Assembly (NCBI GenBank): GCA_965277805.1
Contig: OZ255842.1
Coordinates: 1,792,001-1,856,000 of the forward strand
Length of the DNA stretch: 64,000 nucleotides
Direction: 5' to 3'
Origin: Candidatus Lustribacter sp.
GTDB lineage: Bacteria; Vulcanimicrobiota; Vulcanimicrobiia; Vulcanimicrobiales; Vulcanimicrobiaceae
The notes below the pieces were generated by a model. The model was given only the letters and a program-made list of their open reading frames with translations, did no database searches and was not told the origin of the DNA. The number at the start of each line of letters is the position of its first letter. Within the stretch, counting starts at the first letter, position 1. Made by a program: the position numbers and the translations under genes. This document shows, one piece after another, positions 38,022-45,721 of the stretch.

Positions 38022-39699
38022 AGGCGGCGATGAGGAGCCGCTCGAAGCCTTCGGGGCTCGCGACCGACGCGGCTCCTTGGGCAATCAGCAATTCAAGGTT
38101 GTGCAAGTAGGCATCACGCTCGGCGATGATCGATGCGTCCGTTGTCGGATAGGCGGGATAGATGATCCGCGCCAATCCCGGCACGTTCTTGATCTGCTCG
38201 AACGCCGCATTCGGCTCGATCGCGGCGACCGCGGGTGCGGAATCGAAGGCGACCGACGGACCGTTGCTGCTCGCGCGCAGATAGAATTCCCACTCGGGAA
38301 AGGCCGGCATGCGCGCGTCGAAAAGCCCGGCAATGTCGACCGCCTGCCGGGTGAACGCGAGGGACTCGATCGGCCCGAAAGGAGCGATGTGCGCCCCACG
38401 CCGGTCGGTCGGCGGCAGGTAGATATTTCGCCCGCCGATCGTGGCGGTCGTACGAGCGACGACCGCTTTCGTATGGCTCAGAGCGGCCTCGAGATGGGCG
38501 AGATGCGCCGGCGGCAACGTGCTGCCGGGGCGCATCACGAGGTATGCGTTGCCGGGCGTGACGCGCAGCGCGTTGTTTACGAGCAACGCGTCGACAAGAG
38601 CGCCGGTAAGACGCAGCGTGCCGATGCGGCCGGCGGGATCGATGTCGGCGGCGATCGCACCGAACGGATGCGTCGCATATTCGAGCACGAGCGCAGTCCA
38701 GCCGGAGAACGTTTGCGCGGTGAGCGAACGCAGCGTCCGTTCGAGATCGCCGACGCGGCCCCCCGGAAGCACGATCACCGTCGGCCGCACGGGTTCCACC
38801 GTTTCGAGGTTGCGCGTGCGCACACTCGACAGAAGACCATCGGCCTCGAGCAGTTTCGCCCGGATAGCGCCGTCTTCGTCTTTCACTCCGTGGTCCTGGG
38901 CTAGGCGGTACCGCGCCCACATGTGTCGCGAAATCGTGGTTTCGAAACCGTTCAGGCCGGCCCCGAATTCGGGGGCGAACTTTTGTACGAGATATAGGAA
39001 CTCGAGAATGTCACCGCCGTCGGAAATGTAGTTCTGCGGACTCGACTGCTGCGCGGTATGCAAACGCACCGCGGCGGTCGGTTCCGGCTCGTACGCGAAG
39101 CGCACGCCGTTGGCCGCCCAGCGAACGACGATCTCGAAATCGGCCGCTTTGATCGCCTCGTCGAGTTCGCCGAACCGCTCGTAGAGATCGCGCCGCATCA
39201 ACATCGTGGGGAAGCACATGTAGCATCCCTCGGCGAGCATCCACGCAAACTCGTTGCGTTCGAACCCGTAGGCGGCATGCGGCTGGCCGGACATATGGCG
39301 CACCCCGATGTACGCACCGCTCTCGTTGACGAAATACGTCGTCGTGTAGAGCACGTCGACGTCGGGATGATCCATCAAATAGCGATACGAGTACGAGATG
39401 CTGTGCGGCATCAAGAAATCGTCGGCCGAGAGAAACAAGAAATACGCACCCCGCGCTTCACGCAGCCCCTTGTTGTGGTTGGGCACCATACCGATGTTCT
39501 CGGCGTTGCGAACGTACCGGAAACGCGGATCCGACGCGTACTTTTCGACCAGTTCGGGCGTGCGGTCGGTCGATGCGTTATCGACGACCAGGACCTCGAG
39601 GTTCGGATAGTCCTGGCGCAAGGCGCTTTCGATCGCGGTTCCGACCGTGTGAGCGTAATTATACGTGGTGATGATGATCGTCACCAGAGGCTGGTCCAT
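37990..39699 (-). CDS. GT2 glycosyltransferase with degenerate second GT2-like domain
   Basis: PLVTIIITTYN, VVDNASTD, NIGMVPNHN and FLSADD motifs. Confidence 0.9.
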   Translation of the reverse strand: MDQPLVTIIITTYNYAHTVGTAIESALRQDYPNLEVLVVDNASTDRTPELVEKYASDPRFRYVRNAENIGMVPNHNKGLREARGAYFLFLSADDFLMPHSISYSYRYLMDHPDVDVLYTTTYFVNESGAYIGVRHMSGQPHAAYGFERNEFAWMLAEGCYMCFPTMLMRRDLYERFGELDEAIKAADFEIVVRWAANGVRFAYEPEPTAAVRLHTAQQSSPQNYISDGGDILEFLYLVQKFAPEFGAGLNGFETTISRHMWARYRLAQDHGVKDEDGAIRAKLLEADGLLSSVRTRNLETVEPVRPTVIVLPGGRVGDLERTLRSLTAQTFSGWTALVLEYATHPFGAIAADIDPAGRIGTLRLTGALVDALLVNNALRVTPGNAYLVMRPGSTLPPAHLAHLEAALSHTKAVVARTTATIGGRNIYLPPTDRRGAHIAPFGPIESLAFTRQAVDIAGLFDARMPAFPEWEFYLRASSNGPSVAFDSAPAVAAIEPNAAFEQIKNVPGLARIIYPAYPTTDASIIAERDAYLHNLELLIAQGAASVASPEGFERLLIAAYGTELLAGAR

Positions 39700-39702
39700 T
39701 CA

Positions 39703-39730
39703 TAAAAGTATCGGCCGGAAATGCCGAACG
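39703..39730. promoter_or_regulatory. Overlapping divergent sigma-28-type promoter pair
   Basis: Plus strand: TAAA-N16-GCCGAACG (39703-39730). Minus strand: GCCGATAC (39715-39708) with a weak -35 (TATT). Confidence 0.5.
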
Positions 39731-39737
39731 AATAGCC

Positions 39738-40778
39738 ATGGGGCTAAACGTCTTCGTGACCGGCAATTTGGGCTACGTGGGGTCGGTGCTGACCGCCGAT
39801 CTGCGTCGCCGCGGCCACCGCGTCACGGGGTATGACGCCGGCTACTTTGCTCCGTGCCTGATCGACGACGCGACGGCACCCGACGAACAGCGCTTCGGGG
39901 ATACCCGCTCCTTCGCCGAGGATCTGCGCCGTTTCGACGCGGTCGTCCACCTAGCGGCGCTGTCGAACGATCCCCTGGGCGAGCTGAACCCGGGCCTGAC
40001 CGGCGACATCAACGTCGGCGGCCTGACCGCTGTTGCTAAGGCAGCCAAGGCAGCCGGTATTCGGCGCTTCGTTTTCGCGTCGTCGTGCAGCCTCTACGGG
40101 AAATCCGACGGGGACACGCCGCTCGACGAGACCTGCGCGCAGAACCCGCTGACGGCCTACGCCCGCTCGAAGGTCGACGGCGAACGCGCGCTGGCCGAGC
40201 TCAGCGGCGACGCATTCAGGCCGATCTCGCTGCGCTTCTCAACGGCCTACGGCTGGTCGCCGCGCCTGCGGCTCGATCTCGTGGTGAACAATCTCGTGGC
40301 GAGCGGCCTCGCGAACGGCGTCATCGCGCTCGAGTCCGACGGCACGCCGTGGCGGCCGCTCGTGCACGTGCACGACATGGCGCTGGCGATGGCACTGGCG
40401 CTCGAGAGCGACGTCGCGAAGACCGGCGGAACGGCCTACAACGTGGGCGCCGAAGCGGAGAACTACCAGATTCGCACGGTCGCTGCGGCCGTGGCGAAAG
40501 CGCTCGGCGATGCTCCGATCACGATACCGCCGCCATCTGCCGGCGGCGACCAGCGATCGTACAACGTCGGTTTCGCGAAGGTGCGAGCGGCCTTCCCGGC
40601 CTTCCGGACGGAGTGGACGCTCGAGCGCGGCATCGCCGAACTCGTCGAACGCATGCGCGGCAAAATGGACGCCGACATCTTCGCCGGCCCGCGCTATTTC
40701 CGCATCCGCCGGATCCACGCACTTACGGCCGCCGGCGCGATCGACGCCAACCTGCGCGTGCTCGCAGCGCAGTCTTAA
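39738..40778 (+). CDS. NAD-dependent epimerase/dehydratase (extended SDR)
   Basis: VTGNLGYVG, HLAALSNDPLG, YARSK, RLRLDLVVNNL and DGTPWRPLVHV motifs. Confidence 0.9.
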   Translation: MGLNVFVTGNLGYVGSVLTADLRRRGHRVTGYDAGYFAPCLIDDATAPDEQRFGDTRSFAEDLRRFDAVVHLAALSNDPLGELNPGLTGDINVGGLTAVAKAAKAAGIRRFVFASSCSLYGKSDGDTPLDETCAQNPLTAYARSKVDGERALAELSGDAFRPISLRFSTAYGWSPRLRLDLVVNNLVASGLANGVIALESDGTPWRPLVHVHDMALAMALALESDVAKTGGTAYNVGAEAENYQIRTVAAAVAKALGDAPITIPPPSAGGDQRSYNVGFAKVRAAFPAFRTEWTLERGIAELVERMRGKMDADIFAGPRYFRIRRIHALTAAGAIDANLRVLAAQS

Positions 40779-40782
40779 GCCT

Positions 40783-41556
40783 CTACCAGACGCGCCAGGG
40801 AGCGCGCCCGCTCTCCCACAGCTGCTCGAGCCGCGTCTTATCCCGCAAGGTATCGAGCGGTTGCCAGAAGCCCTCGTGCCGGAATGCCGAGAGCTGTCCC
40901 TCGGCCGCCAGCCGCTCGAGCGGTTCGCTCTCGAAGATCGTCGCGTCGCCGTTGAGATACTTGAATACCGCCGGCTCGAGGACGAAAAAACCGCCGTTGA
41001 TCGCGCCGCCGTCGCCGGGAGGCTTCTCCGTGAATCGCGTCACCAGGTTCGCGCGATCGACCTCGATGCTGCCGTAACGCCCCGGGGGCACGACGGCCGC
41101 AATGGTCGCGATCTTGCCGTGCGCGCGGTGATACGCCACTTCGGCCGTGATGTCGATGTCCGACACGCCGTCGCCGTAGGTGAAGCAAAACGTGCCGCTA
41201 TCCGCGACGTAGGGCATGACGCGCTGAAGGCGGCCGCCCGTCATGGTGCCCTCGCCCGTGTCGACGAGCGTGACCGTCCAGTCTTCGGTGTCGCTGCGAT
41301 GGATCGTGAACTTCTCCTCGCGCAAGTGGAACGTGACGTCGGCCGTATGCAGGCGGTAGTTCGCGAAAAACTCCTTGATCATGTAGCCGCGATAGCCCAG
41401 GCACACCACGAATTCGTTGATGCCGTGCGCCGCGTAAATCTTCATGATGTGCCAGAGAATCGGCCGGCCGCCGATCTCGATCAAGGGCTTCGGACGCAGG
41501 GCCGATTCCTCGGAAATACGCGTGCCGTAGCCGCCGGCCAGCAGAACCGCTTTCAT
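40783..41556 (-). CDS. rfbF: Glucose-1-phosphate cytidylyltransferase
   Basis: LAGGYGTRISEE, PKP, ILWHIMK, TMTGGRL, TYGDGVSD, INGGFFV and GFWQPLDTLRDK motifs. Confidence 0.95.
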   Translation of the reverse strand: MKAVLLAGGYGTRISEESALRPKPLIEIGGRPILWHIMKIYAAHGINEFVVCLGYRGYMIKEFFANYRLHTADVTFHLREEKFTIHRSDTEDWTVTLVDTGEGTMTGGRLQRVMPYVADSGTFCFTYGDGVSDIDITAEVAYHRAHGKIATIAAVVPPGRYGSIEVDRANLVTRFTEKPPGDGGAINGGFFVLEPAVFKYLNGDATIFESEPLERLAAEGQLSAFRHEGFWQPLDTLRDKTRLEQLWESGRAPWRVW

Positions 41557-41641
41557 GGCGCGTCACATTATCCAAACCCTGACGAATAGCATCGTACGGG
41601 CAGAGGCGCGGCCGAGCGGGGGCGTCGAACCCTTCCCTCTC

Positions 41642-42556
41642 ATGATGCCGTACTACCAGCACTTCGGGCTGGACCGGGATCCGTTTCTCGACACCGCGGA
41701 CCCCCATTTTTATCGTTCGACCGGCAATCTCGCCCACGCGAAGAATCGCCTCGTGCAGTCGATTGAACAGTCGCGCGGTCTCATGATCGTCGTGGGCGAT
41801 CCGGGCACGGGCAAAACCAGCCTGGCCGGCGCGATCGAGCGGGAATTGCTCAACCGCGAAAACGTCCGCTTGGGCAAGATCCTCGATCCGAGCTTTGCCG
41901 GCGATATCGAATTCCTCGTGACGATCGGTCGGGCATTCGGCTTGGCGTTTCCGCCGCGCTCGCCGGCAGCGCTGAAGAACGCGCTCAAGAACTTCTTCTA
42001 CGACGCGGCAGTGGTCGAGGGATCGACCGTGGCGCTGTTCATCGACGAGGCGCAAAATCTCAGCGATGAGAACCTCGAAACGCTGCGTCTGCTGCTGAAT
42101 TTTGACGTCCCCGAGCGCAAGCTGCTCAACATCGTGCTCTTCGGACAGAGCGAATTCCGCGACCAGGTGAACAAACGCCGCAACCTTGCCGATCGCGTCG
42201 CGGGCTGGATCGATCTGGCGGCCCTGGGGCCGGCCGATACCCGCGCCTTGCTGGCCCATCGCCTGGCGCGCGCCGGCGGCGGCGGCGACCTCAGCATGAC
42301 CTTCGCTGCCGACGGGCTCGATCTGATCATCGAGACCTCGCTCGGCACGCCGCGCCGGCTCCTGACGCTGGCCCACGCAACGCTCGAAGAAGCCGCGCTG
42401 CGCGGCCACCCGCGGGCGCTGCTGGTCGACGCCGAAGCCGCGATCCGCAGCCGCGGCATGCGCGCCGAGACCCCGGCTGCGGCCGAGGAACGCCCGGCAA
42501 CCGAATCGGAGAAAACGAACCGCCGCTGGCCCTGGCTCGCGTTCCGATTCCCATAG
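41642..42556 (+). CDS. ExeA/MshM-like AAA ATPase
   Basis: Y.QHFGL.RDPF, Walker A GDPGTGKT, Walker B LFIDEAQ, LE.LRLL.N and LFGQ.E. Confidence 0.88.
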   Translation: MMPYYQHFGLDRDPFLDTADPHFYRSTGNLAHAKNRLVQSIEQSRGLMIVVGDPGTGKTSLAGAIERELLNRENVRLGKILDPSFAGDIEFLVTIGRAFGLAFPPRSPAALKNALKNFFYDAAVVEGSTVALFIDEAQNLSDENLETLRLLLNFDVPERKLLNIVLFGQSEFRDQVNKRRNLADRVAGWIDLAALGPADTRALLAHRLARAGGGGDLSMTFAADGLDLIIETSLGTPRRLLTLAHATLEEAALRGHPRALLVDAEAAIRSRGMRAETPAAAEERPATESEKTNRRWPWLAFRFP

Positions 42557-42707
42557 TGGATCCGCACGCGTAGTGGATCCCAACGCGATTGAGGAGCTCT
42601 TCGAGCGGAACGCGGATATGCGGCTGCTCGAATTCCGCCATAACGAGCCCGGCAAAGGCGCGCCCCCGAACAGGCGGACCCCCACGACGTTCGGCGCCGA
42701 GTCGATC

Positions 42708-44153
42708 ATGGCCAGCACGCCCGACGCGATCATCGAGAAAGCGCCGCGGCTGCGCGTCACGATCGCGGCAGCACCCGCATCCGGCGTCATCCCGGGCGCC
42801 GTCGTGGGCGTCGCGATCGACGTCTTCAACGACGGCAACGCACCGGCACCGGAGTCGAAGCTGCTCGTTTCGGTGCCGATCGAATCCGAATTTCGCACCG
42901 GCACCCTGCGCGTCGACGGCCGCGAAGTCCAAGCCCCGGAGCAGCTCTTCGGTTCGGGCCTGCCGATCGCGCGGCTCCCCGGTGCGACGTCGCTCAAGGT
43001 GACGTTCCAGCTCGCCATTCTGCCCGGTGTCAACGCGCTCTATCTGCAGCCACGTCTGCAAACCGACGGCGTGCCCGTAGTGGGCACTCCCGGCATGTCG
43101 ATCAAGCGCGGCGTGACGGCCGGCCCCAGCGAGACGCCACGCCCCTTCTACGAGCTCGACGACGAAGAAGCCGAGGAAGTGGCCGCGGAGTCGGCCGAGC
43201 CGATTCTGCCGCCGGTCTTGCCGGTCGTCGTCGAAACCGTCGCCGAACCCGTGGCCGTGGTGGAACCGCCGCCCGTGGTGGAACCGCCGCCCGTTGTTGA
43301 ACCGCCGCCCGTCGTTGAACCCCCGCCGGCGATCGAACCGCCCGCGGCCCCGCCGCCCCCCGCCCCGGTTCGCACCGCGCGCGTGCGTGCTGCGGCCACG
43401 AAACCGGCGCCCGCACCGCCGCCGGCGCTGCCGCTGGCCGAACCCGAACCGGCGGCCGCAGCGAAGCCCGCCCCCGCACTCGCGCCGAAGGCGCCGCCGC
43501 GACCGGCCGCTGCAGCCGAAGAGCGCATGATCCGCTACCGCTCGATCGGCGTCAGCGACATCGGTCTGCTCGAGCGGCTGTTCGCGAGCGATCCGCCGGG
43601 CGTGATCGCGCACTTCATCATGATTTCGAGCATCGCGTGCACCGAGCCGGGAAGCGGCGAAGACACGAGCGGCTATGCGCTCTTCTTGCGCCGCGACATC
43701 GAGTTGCTCGGACGGGCGCTCGTGCATTCCCGCATGGGGAAAGCGCCGCAATACCGGATCGCACAAGGCGATCTCGACGGTCTCTTGCTCACCTGGGACG
43801 ACGCGCCGCAGCAAGCCTTCCCGCCGCAACGGCGCTTGCGCCGCGACTTGCGCAAGCCCGAGCTGGCGGCGATCGGGAAACTGATGCAATCGTCCGAACG
43901 CGACGCCTCGCTGCGCACGCGCATCGCCCTGCTCGCGCTCGCGGGCACGGCGCTCGACGGCACGGAGAAACGCGCGGCCGCCGCATGCACGACCGCGCTG
44001 CGCGGATATTGTTCGGCTGCGCTCGCGTGGCTCGTTCCGCTGTGCGTCGCCTCGGCCGGAGCGGAGGCATTCGTCGTGCCCAACGCGCCGCCGGCGCTCG
44101 ATGATGCCGGCCGCAAACTCGTCGCCGCACTCAAGGCCGCAATCACGTCGTGA
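42708..44153 (+). CDS. Hypothetical protein: DUF11/Ig-like N-terminal domain, Pro-rich linker, helical C-terminal domain
   Basis: PG..V...IDVFNDGNAPA...GTLRVDG is DUF11-like, followed by a VVEPPP repeat linker. Start may be upstream (42573). Confidence 0.6.
   Translation: MASTPDAIIEKAPRLRVTIAAAPASGVIPGAVVGVAIDVFNDGNAPAPESKLLVSVPIESEFRTGTLRVDGREVQAPEQLFGSGLPIARLPGATSLKVTFQLAILPGVNALYLQPRLQTDGVPVVGTPGMSIKRGVTAGPSETPRPFYELDDEEAEEVAAESAEPILPPVLPVVVETVAEPVAVVEPPPVVEPPPVVEPPPVVEPPPAIEPPAAPPPPAPVRTARVRAAATKPAPAPPPALPLAEPEPAAAAKPAPALAPKAPPRPAAAAEERMIRYRSIGVSDIGLLERLFASDPPGVIAHFIMISSIACTEPGSGEDTSGYALFLRRDIELLGRALVHSRMGKAPQYRIAQGDLDGLLLTWDDAPQQAFPPQRRLRRDLRKPELAAIGKLMQSSERDASLRTRIALLALAGTALDGTEKRAAAACTTALRGYCSAALAWLVPLCVASAGAEAFVVPNAPPALDDAGRKLVAALKAAITS
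43257..43343 (+). repeat. 18-bp coding tandem repeat (VVEPPP x4, then AIEPP)
   Basis: GTGGTGGAACCGCCGCCC-type units with synonymous variation. Confidence 0.85.
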
Positions 44154-44929
44154 CCGAGCGTCGCGTGCTGCTCGGCATCGCGAGCGCCGGCTCTCCAACC
44201 AAGCCGTTTCTCGACTCGCTCGCGCAACTGAAACTTCCCGATAACGTGGTGCCGCTCAAGCGCAGCATCGCGGTCGGCAATTTCATTCCGGCGCAACGCG
44301 AGCTCATTATGAGCGACGCGGTCGCGGAAGACTTCGACTACCTCTTCTTCGTCGACGACGACATCGAATTGCCCGAACGCGCCTTGACGATGCTCGTCGA
44401 AACGGCCGAAGCCGATCCGTCGGCCGCCGTCGTGGGCGGGCTGTATTACAGCCGCGACTCGGCGCGTCCGATGGCCGTCGATGACTGGGACTCGGCCGAC
44501 ACATCATCAGCGCACATTCCCGCCTTCACGTCGGCTTCGACGTCGACCGTCGCGGGCGTGGGCTTCGGCTGCGCGCTGTTGCGCGTGGCGGTTGCCAAGA
44601 CGTTCAAGCCGCCGTATTTTCCCGCGCATATCTACATCGAACTTGCGGCGCGGCGCGCGCGCCAGTGCGACGAGGATTACTTATACTGCGAGCGCGTTCG
44701 CAAAGCGGGCTACGTCGTACGTCTCGACGCGCGCGTGCGCTGCAACCACTACGACCGCGCGAGCGACACGTTCGCGCCGCTGGCGTGGGAAGACGATGCC
44801 GCGACCGCGGCGCCGCGCATGATCGTGAGCGCGGGCAACGGCACGCAGCTCGTGGCGCTCGACGCGTCCGCGCCGCGCGTCGTCGAACGCCACCTCGCAG
44901 CCGACGTTACGTATATAACCGTCGACTAA
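44150..44929 (+). CDS. Small GT-A fold glycosyltransferase-like protein
   Basis: DYLFFVDDD (DxD), VVGGLY, GVGFGCALLR and EDYLYC motifs. GTGA overlap with the upstream stop. Confidence 0.75.
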   Translation: MTERRVLLGIASAGSPTKPFLDSLAQLKLPDNVVPLKRSIAVGNFIPAQRELIMSDAVAEDFDYLFFVDDDIELPERALTMLVETAEADPSAAVVGGLYYSRDSARPMAVDDWDSADTSSAHIPAFTSASTSTVAGVGFGCALLRVAVAKTFKPPYFPAHIYIELAARRARQCDEDYLYCERVRKAGYVVRLDARVRCNHYDRASDTFAPLAWEDDAATAAPRMIVSAGNGTQLVALDASAPRVVERHLAADVTYITVD

Positions 44930-44934
44930 GCGGG

Positions 44935-45288
44935 TTAGCTCGTGACGTCGAGCAGCGACGAGCGGCGTTCGCGGTTCACGCTCTTCGAAAACGACTGAAA
45001 GCGGCCCATCGTGGACAAGCGCGTCGCACACGCTTCGTTGAACGCCTTGAGGCGCTTGAGCTGCGCGTCGCGATACTTCACCAAGCGGTTCACGCGCTTC
45101 ATGATCGGATCGTAATCTTCCGTCGACAGTTTGGCTTCGTTGATGGAGATGTCGAGCTCGTGTGTGAGCACGCGCTGCTTGCGCCACGACGCTTCACACG
45201 CTTCCCAGTTCCGGCTCGCGATCGCCTTGTCGACAGCCAAGCACTCGCGCTCGAGAGCGACGATGAGTTCGACCGGCGGGCGAATCAT
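44935..45288 (-). CDS. Probable FliT-like flagellar chaperone
   Basis: Small helical ORF coupled downstream of fliS; call rests mainly on position. Confidence 0.5.
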   Translation of the reverse strand: MIRPPVELIVALERECLAVDKAIASRNWEACEASWRKQRVLTHELDISINEAKLSTEDYDPIMKRVNRLVKYRDAQLKRLKAFNEACATRLSTMGRFQSFSKSVNRERRSSLLDVTS

Positions 45289-45713
45289 ACCACGGCGACG
45301 TCTTGGCGGGGTTCGTCGGCGGCGAATTCCATCTTGTAGCGGCGGACGGCTTCAGCCCAGGCATCGCGGATCATGACCATCTGCGGCAGCACGCCCTCGG
45401 CCAGCGCGACGTCGCCCTTCATGTTCGCCTCAACCAGCTGGCGATACCAGAACTGATAGAGCGCGGCATTGCTCTGTGCGAGCTCGCCGCCCAGCTCGAA
45501 GTCGATCGCATCGACCGCGGCGCCGCACGCGCGCTGCGCCGAGCGCAAGTAGTTATGCCGCGACTGAATGTCGCTCGGCTCGGTCTTCATGCGCTCGATC
45601 GCCTTGCGCGTGAAGAGCACGATGGCATCGAAAATCTTGACCATCAGATCTTCTTTGGAAGCGGTCGAAATCGACGCTTCCAAATACTTCATCGATGGGG
45701 ATACAACGCTCAC
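45285..45713 (-). CDS. fliS: Flagellin export chaperone FliS
   Basis: Y....ISTAS.EDL....FD, DFELGGELAQ....LY and IRDAW motifs. Confidence 0.9.
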   Translation of the reverse strand: MSVVSPSMKYLEASISTASKEDLMVKIFDAIVLFTRKAIERMKTEPSDIQSRHNYLRSAQRACGAAVDAIDFELGGELAQSNAALYQFWYRQLVEANMKGDVALAEGVLPQMVMIRDAWAEAVRRYKMEFAADEPRQDVAVV

Positions 45714-45721
45714 GTTTTAGC

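Noticed and set aside
42680-42707. GCCGAGTC upstream of ATG 42708 as another sigma-28 site
   Set aside because: Weak -10 and no -35; GCCGA is frequent by chance at this GC content.
43257-43343. 18-bp repeats as a CRISPR array or contingency locus
   Set aside because: No spacers, in frame, synonymously diverged; a Pro-rich linker.
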